A stretch of 64,000 bases of DNA from Azolla caroliniana. Lineage: Eukaryota; Plantae; Polypodiophyta. The translations under genes were made by a program, and so were the position numbers. The stretch spans positions 1,178,001 through 1,242,000 of the forward strand of contig JBHGNT010000022.1 of assembly GCA_043228905.1 (NCBI GenBank), in the 5' to 3' direction. The notes under the pieces are model-generated. The model was not told the origin of the DNA, ran no database searches, and was given only the letters and a program-made list of their open reading frames with translations. This document shows positions 12,680-24,335 of this stretch, piece after piece (the stretch's first letter is position 1; every line of letters begins with the position of its first letter).

Positions 12680-15600
12680 CTAACCGCACATCCACCGGTA
12701 TGTGCCAAAAGGGGAACAAAACGCGAGATTTTCGGCCAAGGCGGCCAACCGAGCCCTTGACAACCTCGTGGGCTTGCCCGGCTTCGTCTTCCACTTCGAG
12801 CAAGTCCACCCCGTCCACACGAACCACCGTCGCCTTCCGGCCCACCATCTCCGCCGAATGGTCTCGAACCGTCGGCTCCATCCGATCCGCCACATCCACC
12901 GTGTTTCCTCGAACCACCGACTACACTCGGACCGCCATATCCGATGCCCGCGCTTTCCTCTCCGTTCGGTCCTCCCGAACGCCGTTGCCGACCCTTTGTC
13001 CGTCTCGCATATCCTCCGGATCCGCCTTTTTCGTGCCGCGCACCTCGTCGTGCCGACTCTTCTCGCTCCGCGCTTGCCTTCCGTAGGCTTTCCCCGTACG
13101 TCGGTGTCGTCCTCCGAATGCGTGCTCGTGCTTCGGTCCTTTGATGACCCCATCACGCATTTTCCGCCTTCCCCTTGCTTGCCGTGCTCTCTCGCCGTAG
13201 AGCATACCATCGTTCCCGTGCTCGTTGCTTGGCCCTCATGCGGCCGTATTGCACGTTTCGCATTCCGCTCCTCTTCACGTACCCTTTCGGAAAGGTACCC
13301 TTCTTCCCCGACCTCCGTTTCGCTCGAAGGAACACCCTCTTGGCCCTCTTGGCCCGCTCGACCGCACACATCCTTCGTGATGTCGTGTTCGTTCCTTTGG
13401 GCGCATACATCTTCGTTCACCGCGACCTCCCGTATGCCTCTCTCGGTGCCTTCATCCGTTGTGGCCTTCGTCCCCTCGCCGCCACCGTCCGCCACTCTTG
13501 GTCTCACGTCGGCACTCGCGCCGATCGCCGGAGTCTCTATAGCCGGTGTGGAGGATCCCTCTCGGGTCTTATCTTCGTGGCCGCCGGTCTTAGCCTCTCC
13601 GTAGGCCACCTCTTCCCACCAATCTTCCCTAGCATCGTGCCGGGTCTCGTCGTCGCCGCCTTCCTCCTCGTATTCGCCTCTCGAAGGCGTGATCCGACCG
13701 TCATCTTCGGTCGCTCGATGTGGCTCCTTCGTAGGCATGCTTGTGTCTTGGCCCTCCATCGGCCGTATTGCATGCATCTCGTCTCGCTCTTCCGCCGTAG
13801 ACCCGACCTCCGTGTCGGTCCTCTCCTCCTTTGTCGCCGTAGCCCGTTCCGACACGGGCTCGCCGTCTTGGACCCACCCGTCCACCATCTCGTACCGGAT
13901 ATCCGTTCCGGTAACCTCGTACGCTCCGGCCTCCGACTCCTCGCCGCCACCCGCCGTTTCTCCGGTCTTATGTTGATCCGCAACCGCCGTAGTCTCTAGA
14001 GTGGGTATGGAGGGTCTCGTTTGTTTCCGTTTTTCCCCCGAACCATGGTCGTCGTGCCCGGTTAGCCTCCATCTCGCGCTTACCGGCTCCCATCGTAACC
14101 GTAACCGTAACCGTAACCGGCCAATCGGTCTCGCCGGCTTCCTTCGGTTTGGGCCCGGTTCGCCGGCCCTTACTCTCTTCTTCTTTCGTGCCGTACTCCG
14201 GTCGGGTCGGTTCCCGACTCTCTCCTCGTTTCCGCTCCGGTCCTCTCCGTCGGACCCACCGTATACGCCCATTCCGGGCCCCGCATACTCGTCTTCGTAT
14301 GCGCTCTCTCCGGGCCTCACCTCCTCACGGTCACCGCCCATCTCTCCGGTCTCACGTTGGCATTCGAGCACAACCGCCGAAGTCTCCGGCCCCGGTGTCA
14401 AGGGGTCTTGCCTCCGTCCGCTCCAATCTTCCTTCTCGTTTCCGTTGCCCGCCTTGCCGCCGTCACCTCCCGTCGCACTAAGCCTCATGCCGGCACTCGG
14501 GCCGGCCATTGGAGCCTCTAGGGTTGGTGTGGGTAAGGACCCGGCACCGCCGCTTGTTGTCTCCGTAGCCGCTTTCGTTCGGACGTCGTTGTCCGCGGCT
14601 CCCCCATCTCCGATTCCGTAAGCCTCTAGTATGCTTGCCACCACCTCTTCTTCGCCGTTTTCCGCGTCATCTTGTTTGCCCGCCTTGCCGCCGCCACCGT
14701 CCGTCGTTCTAGGTCTCGTGCCGGCACTCGGGCCGACCGCCGAAGCCTCTAAGGCCGGTGTGTGGAAGGTCGCGGCACCACCGCTCGCCTCCTCTCCGCT
14801 CGATGTTTTGGGCCGCCGTGCCCCGAATCTTCCGCCCACTTTCGAAGTGGCGCTCTCCGCTTTGTAGTCACCGGCCTCATCCTTGGCCGTCCATTCGCCG
14901 CAAGACGAGAGGGTTGCTCGCTCCGCACCCTCTCCCATGTCGTCATCGTTTCGGTTGCCCGCCTTGCCGCCGCCACCGTCCGTCACTCTAGGCCTCTCGC
15001 CGGCTCTCGGGCCGGGTGCCGGAGTCTCTAGGACCGGTGTGTGGAAGGTCGCGACACCACCACTCCTCTCGTCCGTAGCCACCTCCATTCGGACATCGTC
15101 GTCCGTGGCTACCCCGTCTTCGGTTTCGCAAGCATCGAGTATGCTTGCCGCCGCCTCTTCTTCGCCGGTCTCGTCCTCATCTCGGTTGTCCGCCTTGCCG
15201 CCGCCACCGTCCGTAGCTCTAGGTCTCGTGCCGGCACTCGGGCCGACCGCCGAAGCCTCTAGGGCCGGTGTGTGGAAGGTCGCGACACCATCGCTCGTTT
15301 CGTCTTCCTCCTCCATTTCGCAAGCCTCGAGTATGCTCACGAAATCCTCGTAGAACGTTTCGGGCAACCGCGTCCCGAAACTTCCGCCCACTCTCGAAGT
15401 GGCGTCCATCGCTCCGTAGATATCGGCCTCGTCCATGGCCGTTCTTTTTCCCCGAGATGAGACGGTCGCTTGCTCCGCACCTTCTCTCGTGTCGACGCCG
15501 TGGTCGCCCGCCTTGCCACAGCCACCGCCTTTCACCATAGGTCTTACGCGGGCACTCGGGCCGGCCGTCGTCATCTCCAGGAATGACGCGTGTAAGGTCG

Positions 15601-16894
15601 CGGGACCGCCGCTCGTCGATGTAATGTCCGCAGCCACCTCCGCTCGGACGTCGTTGTCCGTGGCTACCCCGCCTCCGTATATGCAAGCATCGGTTATGCT
15701 TGCCGCCGCCTCTTCCGCGGTCTCCTTTCCGTTGTCTCGGTTGCCCGCCTTGCCGCCGCCACCGTGCTTTTCCCTCGGTCTCACGCGGGCGCTCGGGCCG
15801 GCCGCCGGGGTCTCTTGAACCGGTGCATGGAAGGTTGCGGTACCGCCGCTTGTCTCCTCCGTACTCGATGATTCGGGCCACCATGTCCCGAATCCGCCAT
15901 GTCCGCTCGAATCGGCGATCGCCGCCTCACCGTCCCCGACCTCGTCCTCGGTCGTTCTTCCCCCCCATGTCGAGAGGGCGGCTCGCTCCGCACCCTCTCC
16001 CGTGGTACCGATGTACCATTCTCTTTCGGCCTCCGCATAGGCCCCGTCCTCCATGTGTGAGGAAGCTCCTTCCTCCGCGTCCTCCGATCCGCTCGGGCCC
16101 GACCCCGCAATAAGCCATTCTTCGGCTTCGATTTTCGCCATTACGAGCCCGCACGCCTCCCGTATTAGCGCTTGTAGGTCGAGCCCCTCCAAACCGGTTT
16201 GCGATGAGCTCTCGTCCGGCGGCATGGCGTAGTCGGTCGTCGCTCTCTCTTCTCCCCCGCTCGCGGGCCGTGTTGTGGCCGACCGCCTCGCCTCATGTTG
16301 CCGACACACCCATTCCACTTCGGGCCACTCCTCGGTGAGACCATGCGCCCCATAATCGTCTTGAAGCTCGAACATGATGTCCATCCTCTCCTCATGATGG
16401 ACCGTCTCCAAAAATAGGAGGACTTTGTCCGCCCCCACCGTTCTTCGTTCCCACTCCGAGAGTTGAGAGAAACGACGCTCGAACTCTCGGAATGCCTCTA
16501 TTGCGCTCCGATGGCGCCTCGCCGACGCCATCCACCGATCGAACTCTCGCCGACCTCTTACCTCCGATTCCGCGCACCCGTATGCCTCCATTAGAGCCCC
16601 TTCAAAGGACTCCCACGATTCGTGAGCTTCTTGGAGCTCCTTGACCTCCTCGTACTTTGATGCGGCCGCCGCTCGACGAAAGAACTCTAGCCTCGTCGCT
16701 TCGTCCACGCCCATCCCCGTCATTTCCGCATCGTAGGCTCTCAAAAATTTTGGGACCTCCTTCCCATCGAACCGGCCGACTAGACGGACCACCCTTTCGA
16801 CCGCTTGTTGAGCCGCCTCTCGCCTCGCCCTCTTCCGTCCGGCGTCCATCAAGATCTTTGTCATCATCTCCTCGAAGTCGAAGCCTTCTTCCAT
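12680..16894 (-). CDS. 1404-aa protein of element E: N-terminal Gag/capsid-like domain plus a long acidic Gly-rich higher-order repeat region; no PR/RT/RH/INT
   Basis: Uninterrupted ORF spanning PBS to PPT; RFDGKEVPKFLRAYD...SWESFEGALMEAYG...FREFERRF resembles Ty3 capsid; repeated ATFHTP..E...GPSAG.RPR.TDGGGGKAG motif. Confidence 0.8.
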   Translation of the reverse strand: MEEGFDFEEMMTKILMDAGRKRARREAAQQAVERVVRLVGRFDGKEVPKFLRAYDAEMTGMGVDEATRLEFFRRAAAASKYEEVKELQEAHESWESFEGALMEAYGCAESEVRGRREFDRWMASARRHRSAIEAFREFERRFSQLSEWERRTVGADKVLLFLETVHHEERMDIMFELQDDYGAHGLTEEWPEVEWVCRQHEARRSATTRPASGGEERATTDYAMPPDESSSQTGLEGLDLQALIREACGLVMAKIEAEEWLIAGSGPSGSEDAEEGASSHMEDGAYAEAEREWYIGTTGEGAERAALSTWGGRTTEDEVGDGEAAIADSSGHGGFGTWWPESSSTEETSGGTATFHAPVQETPAAGPSARVRPREKHGGGGKAGNRDNGKETAEEAAASITDACIYGGGVATDNDVRAEVAADITSTSGGPATLHASFLEMTTAGPSARVRPMVKGGGCGKAGDHGVDTREGAEQATVSSRGKRTAMDEADIYGAMDATSRVGGSFGTRLPETFYEDFVSILEACEMEEEDETSDGVATFHTPALEASAVGPSAGTRPRATDGGGGKADNRDEDETGEEEAAASILDACETEDGVATDDDVRMEVATDERSGGVATFHTPVLETPAPGPRAGERPRVTDGGGGKAGNRNDDDMGEGAERATLSSCGEWTAKDEAGDYKAESATSKVGGRFGARRPKTSSGEEASGGAATFHTPALEASAVGPSAGTRPRTTDGGGGKAGKQDDAENGEEEVVASILEAYGIGDGGAADNDVRTKAATETTSGGAGSLPTPTLEAPMAGPSAGMRLSATGGDGGKAGNGNEKEDWSGRRQDPLTPGPETSAVVLECQRETGEMGGDREEVRPGESAYEDEYAGPGMGVYGGSDGEDRSGNEERVGNRPDRSTARKKKRVRAGEPGPNRRKPARPIGRLRLRLRLRWEPVSARWRLTGHDDHGSGEKRKQTRPSIPTLETTAVADQHKTGETAGGGEESEAGAYEVTGTDIRYEMVDGWVQDGEPVSERATATKEERTDTEVGSTAEERDEMHAIRPMEGQDTSMPTKEPHRATEDDGRITPSRGEYEEEGGDDETRHDAREDWWEEVAYGEAKTGGHEDKTREGSSTPAIETPAIGASADVRPRVADGGGEGTKATTDEGTERGIREVAVNEDVCAQRNEHDITKDVCGRAGQEGQEGVPSSETEVGEEGYLSERVREEERNAKRAIRPHEGQATSTGTMVCSTAREHGKQGEGGKCVMGSSKDRSTSTHSEDDTDVRGKPTEGKRGARRVGTTRCAARKRRIRRICETDKGSATAFGRTERRGKRGHRIWRSECSRWFEETRWMWRIGWSRRFETIRRRWWAGRRRWFVWTGWTCSKWKTKPGKPTRLSRARLAALAENLAFCSPFGTYRWMCG

Positions 16895-16914
16895 CTCTTT
16901 CTCCCTTGCCGCCC

Positions 16915-16932
16915 TTCACGTCGGGTTCACCA
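16915..16932 (-). promoter_or_regulatory. Primer-binding site complementary to the tRNA-Trp 3' end
   Basis: Plus strand TTCACGTCGGGTTCACCA equals the 3' 18 nt of plant cytosolic tRNA-Trp(CCA) as I recall it; 4 nt from the 5' LTR. Confidence 0.85.
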
Positions 16933-17617
16933 AAGATGTCGCGTTGTTACGCGCGTGCGTGGAGAAGGGCGGAACCACGGGGGTCTCGGACTAAGGAGAA
17001 GGGGAGAAGGAATAGGACTTCGGAATGGAGCTTAGCACAAGAAGAGAAAGAACGAACAAGAGGAAGATGGAGGCCAAATGCTCAACAAGATATATTAGAA
17101 CCGAACACCGATTACAAAATGGCGGCCGCGTAGGCCGCACCAAACGGCTATGATAAACCCGAAACCCTAATCCGACGAAGAAGAAAAGAAACCCTAACTA
17201 AGGAACCCTAAACGAAATGGTATACCTCACTCACACTCCAAAATAAGGCAACCCCCACAATGGTGCTCTTCCTCTCCCTTTATAGCACAAGGAGGGAAGA
17301 CCGTTACATAAAAGGGTGCTACAAAATATCCCCTTTCAATCAATGGGGATATTTCCCTTGATTTTAGGGGAGGTGGGAAGGATGGGTCTTAACTCCCACC
17401 TCTACACGAACTACTATGTACCTATCTCTCTCTCTCACGTGGATGTGCGCGCAAAAGCACATCACCTCTACACTTTACAAATCCTAAGGTGCATTTCTAG
17501 CACCATACTTATCACTATCGATAAATAGAAATACAACATGGTGATGTGCAACGTTGCACATCGCGGGTTTGCTTGCTTCGCTCGGTTTTCCGCCTATGGA
17601 CGAAAATCTTCACGACA

Positions 17618-19065
17618 CCGGAAGCAATGGGACGACCATCAATGACTACTACAAATGCGGGGCAAGGAAGTTTTCTTAAGGATATCTGAGAAGCTTGGGC
17701 AAAATTTCGATCCATGAAACAGGAATTGGCTCCGGAATCTAAAAGTGCTAGGAGTTGTACTTGGGGAGTACTTTTAGTACTAACCATGATTTGGGCTAGG
17801 AACACATTGCTAACTTGCTTGGAGGGAATGGAACCACTAATGGGTTGTACAGATCTAGGGCTGTCCAACCAAACGGCTCCTATTTTTGCTAGACTCAATC
17901 GTTTAACTCTTATCTAATTGACTAAGGATTTCAAATTTGTTTGAGATACTTGGGCTATTAGTACTATTAATACTATCAGACACTCCTAAGGGAAAAATTG
18001 GCTCGGGTTTAGTACAGGCTACGATTTGATTTACCTATCTTCTTGGCCTATGGGGACAATTGATTGTGATATGCCCTAGTCCACCGCAATACAGACATAA
18101 TCGATTTGCACGGCGTCGTTGCTTTTCTTCTTCCGATAACGGGCCACGTCGATGCATGGTGTCAATCTCCATCGGTGTCGGAGTATTTTCTTGGGGTACG
18201 TCGCGTGCGAACGCTTTAGCCTCGACTGAGGCGTATGTGGGCTCCGGCCTAGAGCGTGGTATTTGTAATTGACGTTCGGAACGTCGTTCGAAAAGGCGGT
18301 TGTCACATCGGACCGCTCGACTGATTGCCTCCGTAAGAGATTTTGGTTCTTCGGGGAAGGTTAAAAGTAAATCTTTTACATCGTTTCGCAAGCCATAGCG
18401 AAACTGCTCCATTAGTGCCTGATCATCCCAGGGAATATCAGAGGCGAGTAGAAGGAAATCCGCCGCGTAGGCAGAGGCTGGACGATCGCCTTGACGCAAT
18501 CGCCGGATCTTGTTGATCATCATCCTGATGTTGTTGGTGTCTCCAAAGCAAGCTTTAAACTCACTAATAAAATCTTCAAAGTTATTAAGCAAGGGCAATT
18601 GTTTTTCTAGAAGCGGAGCGAACCATGCTAAGGCTGAGCCACTAAGCAACGTGCCTATTAGGCTAACTCGGGATGCATCAGTGGGGTATCGGGAAGGATG
18701 CATTTGGATAACTAATCGTACCTGATTAAGGAATCCCCTGAATTGCGATCGCGTTCCATCAAATTTCACAAGAAGTCCAATCTTCGACTCTTTATGAAAT
18801 CGTTGGGGACTTGATCCTTGTTGTTGCAATGCTGCTTCGAGTTGTTGTACCCGTAACGCTAACTCCTCATGTTGTTGCTACGTTTGTTGTTTTTCTAGAG
18901 CAATTTGTTGCAGATCCCCTATCAACCGTTGGTTTTCTTGTTCCAAGGAAATGAAATTTTCTTTTAGGCACGTTGGTTTTCTTGTTCCAAGGAAACGAAC
19001 TTTTCTTTTAGGCACTGTAGCTCAAAGAAAACGGATTGATATTCTTGGGCGCTAACAGTAGCCAT
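17618..19065 (-). pseudogene. Element D gag (zinc knuckle CLYCGGLGHITINC) and protease N-part (LLDSGA)
   Basis: Homologous to G gag; broken by a 44-bp tandem duplication (~18927-19014) and stops. Confidence 0.93.
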
Positions 19066-19590
19066 AGTATAGGGAAAAGGGTAGGAGGATGAGGGAGAAA
19101 GACAAGTAGGTTGGAGGAAGGCAAATTAGTTCAAACTGTCAGGAATAGTACTAAAGCAGAGAGGGAATTAGTACTAAAGAAGAGAAGTACTATTAGTACT
19201 AAGAGAACGGAACTGCGTAAGATTCCCGAGAGAGAGAGAGAGAGAAGAGAAGAGAGAGATAGCGAGGAAGAGAGAGAGAGAGAGAGAGAGAGATGATGAT
19301 AACAACTTAATATATTATGTGAAGGATAAGTACAAAATGGCTAAGAGACTTAAGACTGGTGTTGAACCAATTTGGTTCAACATAATGCCTAGTGCCTTCT
19401 TTAATAGTGTTCTCAGGAGTAATCCTAAAGCTTCTAGAATGTTCTAGAGAAATCTAGAATATACATTAATTTCCTATAATAAAACTTAAATGAAAATAAT
19501 ATTTTATGTATTACAATAGATGGTATAATGGTCAAGAGCTCAACCCATATAACATAAGGTCATGGGTTTGAGTCTTGCCATATCATGACA

Positions 19591-21845
19591 CTTCTTATAC
19601 CACTGTCTCGGTGCCTACTTTAGGCCGTATAGACTATTCCTAAGTCAGCAGACTAGATGTTCTTGGCCTGGATGCCACAAAGCCTTTCGGTTGCTCCATA
19701 TAGATTTCCTCCTCTAAGTCAATTCGCCTGCATCCATGAAGAAGACTCCAAAAGAGTACCCCTCCAGGGGCTGCGACAATCTCTCGGATCTTCGAGGTAT
19801 GATTGGACTAATCGCATCAGGTGTCAGAGTCGGTTGGTCCAAAGCCGAGTCATTCGGTTGTGCTAAGTCGGGTACTGGCGAGTCGGTGCTAGAGGATTCA
19901 GCTACCCATGAAGCTGACCTTGTGTTATGGGTTGGGCCTTCGTGATGGCAAGTCTGAGAAAACTAGCCTTCGGACTTCAATAGGCCTTTCGATTGTCTTA
20001 TGCATAGCCGACTAATTGAACACTACATCCGAACTTCGGACGATATGTTTGTGCTCAAGGTCCCAGAGTCGGTATCCAAACTTGCAGTCTGGTCCATAAC
20101 CGAGGAAAATGCATTACCTAGTCCTTGGTGCAAGTTTGTGGTAGTCGTCTTTCTGTATGAGGGTGTATGCCTCGCATCTGAAAATCCTAAGCTTGTCATA
20201 ATTCGGCTTACTGTCAATCCATAATTCCTGAGGTATTCGAAGTCCTAGAGGCCTACTTGGCGACATATTGATTATGTGTATTGCCGTAAGTAGGGCCTCT
20301 GCCCAGGAGCCATCCGACAACCCGGAGTGTTGGAGCATGGATACTATCCTTTCCTGAATTGTCCTATTCATCCGCTTGGCAATTCCATTCTGCTCCGGAC
20401 TATAGGGTGTCGTATATTCACGTCGAATGCAGCGTTGTTGGAAAAATTTGACGAATTCTTCAGACTTAAACTCTCCTCCATTATTGGTTTGAAGGCATTT
20501 CAACTTTCGACCGGACTGGTTCTCTACCATAGCGCGCCAGCCTTGCTGAGGTGCCCGAGTTGTCCATGCCATAGTGATGACACGGGAATGTCAACCAGGA
20601 ACAAGTCACCCTCTTTAAGTGTGACGTATAACTGGTACATCAAATGTACTTTCAGTCCTTGAGCAAGCAGGAGATTCCCCCTGTGCATTCTCCACCCTCC
20701 TAATCAGAAGCTGGCACAGATGTCGTGTTCCTCAAGTTGTCCGACTAAGATCAATGGTCTTGAGAGCTCAAGTACATGTTGAACATTATGTAGTATCAAT
20801 ATAGAGCCACTTGGAAGGTTGAGCTCTAATGTGCCGATTCTAATTATGGAGTGTTGTGAATTTCCGACTCAAACTAAGTCAAAGTGTCGGGCCAAGTATT
20901 GTCAAAATTGTGATATGTTAGGAGTCACATGATAAGACGCACCTGAATCCAAGAGCCATGTGCTCGATTCCTCAATCGTGAGCAAAACATCTGATTCAAT
21001 TGGGTTCTCAATGTATAGTATGTTGGGATCGTTCGACAATACTTTGGCTGAAGAGCCGACGTAATTGACCTCCTCATGTCAGACACTCTTTTGATCAGCT
21101 CATTGAGCCATATCATTCTTGGCTTTGAATGCACAATAATGAGCTTTGATGTACTTGGGTTTCTTGCAATAGTTGCATATTCGATTGTCTTAGGACTTCG
21201 TTGGTTGTTGGGTTGTCGCGAAGAGCTTCTTCCTCGACTGTTCGATTGGTCAGTCGAACCTTCTACTACGTAAGCGTTGTTGGCCAAATCATTTGCAAAT
21301 GATTTTCTCCGAGCTGCTTAAATCAGAATTGCACTCGTGACTGAGGAGTATTTAATGGCAACAATCAACGCGTTGCACACAGTAGTGACGAAAGTTTCCC
21401 ATGAAGGGGGGAGACTGCTCATGAGCAACATTACTCTCAGTTCATCTTCGATCGTCATCCCCTACGCAACTATTTGGGAGCTTAAGCTTTCATACTCGTT
21501 CAAGTGTGCCTGGACCGAGTCGAATTCTTTCATCTGATGGTTGTAGAGGCGCTAAATCAAATATATCTTTGTGGTGGTGACCTTCTTCTCATAAGTGTTT
21601 GACAATAGGTTGCCGAACACAATTGTACTGTGAAGTACATTGACTATGACAAGTGCATTCGAATTGTGGCACATGTCTAGCTTCTATCATTCGTTCAGCT
21701 TGTATCCTTCTGGAGCATTTTCGTTTTCAATGGGGTTGATTTGCCCCTTGACTATAAGATAGTCTTGCATCTGCTCCTTCCAAAAGTTGAAGTTCGATCC
21801 GTCGAACTTCCTTAGACTCATCTTTGATAAGCCGGATGTTGATGT
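19591..21845 (-). pseudogene. Copia C gag, protease, integrase and RT fragment with internal deletions
   Basis: LRKFDGSNFNFWKEQMQDYL, LQTNNGGEF, PEQNGIAKRMNRTI, RKCIFLGY, EEEIYMEQP. Confidence 0.88.
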
Positions 21846-21898
21846 TGTTGGGAAATCGGTCCCTTCGGATGGGATCCAATTATGAATGAAGAGGACTT

Positions 21899-22045
21899 GG
21901 TGAGAACCGGAAGAGATCCAGAAACTGGATCGGATGGACCTGGTGAGAACCGGAAGAGATCTGGAAACCGAATCGGATGGACCCGGTGAGAACCGGAAGA
22001 GATCTGGAAACCGAATCGGATGGACCCGGTGAGAACCGGAAGAGA
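21899..22045. repeat. 43-bp tandem repeat in the F LTR (3 units plus a partial in the 5' LTR; 1 plus a partial in the 3' LTR at ~31049-31108)
   Basis: GTGAGAACC at 21900, 21943, 21986, 22029 versus 31050, 31093. Confidence 0.9.
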
Positions 22046-22524
22046 AGACATATTTGTAAATATGTTTTGAGTAAGCCTATTGAGGCTATATTTGTAAATA
22101 GCCCTAGGTTCATATAAGTATAAATATGACTTAGGGCAATTACTTTAGAGATAGGTGTCATATTGTTGTATGTGTATCACTATTGTATAGAGAGTGATAG
22201 ATAGAGAGAGAGAGAGGAGATACAGAGTGATCTCTGTTGTAACCGCCACTTGGTGAAGAAACAGAGCTCGAGGTCAATGCCTCCAAGTCTCTGATTGTAC
22301 TTTCTCGTATAGTGAAAGTTTGGAGTCTGTGGGCTCTCGTGGTTTTTCCCTATTAGGGTTTTCCACATAAACATCCTATGTACTTTCGTTTCGTGTACAA
22401 GTATTCATCTCTATTCCCATTTCTGTGTTTGATTCTTAAACGAAGTGATCTAAGACTCGATTGTGGCCAAACAATATTCCACGCTATTTCTTACAAATTG
22501 GTATCAGAGCGAACAACACAAGAA

Positions 22525-24335
22525 ATGGAAGAATTGTTAGGCGGCATGTTCAAGCTCACCGGCTCCAACTACTCAGTGTGGAAGTCAAAGATGAGGGATA
22601 TGCTGGTGGTTAAAGATCTTTGGTTGCCGGTTCAATGGGCTGATACACCAAGCTACCTTGTTGGAAGTACCTCTCGCGGATGAAACACTCGCATTGCTCC
22701 TGCTTGGTTCCCTCCCAGATAGTTGGGAGACGCTAGTTTTCACATTAGGCAACGCCGGGCCGGAAAAAAAACATTTGTCCCTAGCAAGACTCAAGTCAAG
22801 CTTGCTAGATGAAGAAGCTCGCTGGAAGGACCGAGAGTTCAGAACCGATCCGAAGGCCTTGGTCACGGAAGATGACCACAACCGGGGAAGAGGCCGGTAT
22901 CAGAGTCCCCAAAACCGAGACAAATCGGGGATGAGGTCGAAGTCAAGGGGGAGGCCTACTTGCTTCTACTGTGGGAAGTCGGGGCACTTCCAAAAGAACT
23001 GTCGGCATTTCCGGAAAGAGAAAGAAACCAGCACTACCGATTCGAAGAAGAGTTCGGACTGAAGAGGCCCGGATCGGAAAGGAATGTCGGCAATTGCGAC
23101 AAGTGAAGAAGAACTGATGCTCATTACCGAAGAGAATGAGTTAAACCTTGACTGCGACGAGACAATGTCGGTTGTCGATTCCAGAGCGTCGTTCCACCTG
23201 TCACCGGATCGGAAATGCTTCTCATCCTACATAACCGGTGATAATGGTTGTGTTCGGATGGGGAATGAAGGTACATGTTGAATTGTCAGCATAGGAGATG
23301 TGTTGTTGACGACATCAACCGGATGCAAGTTGTTGTTGAAGGATATCCAACACGTTTTGGAGGTTCGATTGAACCTGATATCAGCCGGTCGGCTAGATGA
23401 TGAAGGCTACACGGGTAGCATCCGGAACTAAGTTATGAAGTTCAGCAAAGGAAGCCTGATTGTGGCTCGAGCCCCGAACACCAACACGCTATATCTGATG
23501 CATGCCCGGATATGCCGGGAAGAAGTGAACGTAGCATCTGACACTGTTGGTGAGTTGTGGCACAAAAGACTGTGTCACATGAGTGAGAAGGGGATGAGAA
23601 GACTTGCCGAAGACAACCTCATTCTGGAGGTGAAAGACGTGCACCGATTGCTTGGCCGGCAAGCAAAACCGAACCTCCTTCCGGTCAAGACCACCGATGA
23701 GACGGAATGCACCACTGGAGCTAGTGCATACCGATGTGTGTCAAGTGGATACGAAGTCACATGCCGGATCGCAGTACTTCGTGACATTCATAGATGACCA
23801 CAATCGGAAGTTGTGGGTCTCACCGTTACCGTTGAAGACGAAGGATCAGGTGCTATCCATCTTCAAGGAACTCCAAGCGGAGTGGAAAGAGAAACCAGTC
23901 GGAAGTTCAAGGCCGTTTGAGCAGACAACGGAGGAGAATACTGGGGGCAATTCGAGGAGTACTGCCGATCAAAGGGAATCCGGCTCAAATTTACCGTGTC
24001 GAAGACGCCGAAACTAAACGGGTTGGCTGAACGGATGAACCGGTCCGTGATGGAGAGATTCCGGAGCATGTTGGCACATGCAAAGTTACCCAAGACGTTT
24101 TGGGTTGAGGCACTGATGACGGCAACCTATGTGATAAACAGATCACCCTCAGCACCCTTGGAAGGAGACTCACCGCAGAAAGTACGGACCGGTAAAGATG
24201 TATCTTACTGGCATCTGAAGGTGTTTGGTTCTCTTGCTTATGTGCATGTTGCAAAGGACAAGAGAGCAAAGTTGGATCCAAAGTCCAGGCCATGCATATT
24301 CCTTGGATACGGCGATGATGAATTTGGTTACCCGG
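22525..24335 (+). pseudogene. Copia F gag, protease and integrase
   Basis: FKLTGSNYSVWKSKM, LLGSLPDSWE, CFYCGKSGHFQKNC, WHKRLCHMSEKG, VHTDVC, NGLAERMNR, CIFLGY. Confidence 0.92.

Larger units (their letters stand above)
11988..17617 (-). mobile_element. Element E: very young, pol-less LTR retrotransposon; 3' LTR 11988-12668, 5' LTR 16937-17617 (681 bp each)
   Basis: 4-bp TSD CCGG (11984-11987, 17618-17621); no LTR differences seen by eye; PPT TTAGGTGGGGGCGGA (minus, 12669-12683); tRNA-Trp PBS; D protease rejoins across it. Confidence 0.95.
6468..19590 (-). mobile_element. Element D: Ty3/gypsy chromovirus (Tcn1-like), degenerate; 3' LTR 6468-6927, 5' LTR 19137-19590
   Basis: TSD CTTCT at 6463-6467 and 19591-19595; TGTCA...TGACA LTRs; PPT 6928-6940; gag-PR-RT-RH-INT-chromodomain order; close relative of element G. 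Confidence 0.95.

Noticed and set aside
12680-16894. Element E ORF as a bacterial contaminant, horizontal transfer or env gene
   Set aside because: Bounded by LTRs, PBS, PPT and TSD; no signal peptide or transmembrane segment visible
12589-17133. Many plus-strand and alternate-frame ORFs over element E
   Set aside because: Shadow ORFs expected from GC-rich, stop-poor repetitive sequence; no recognisable motifs
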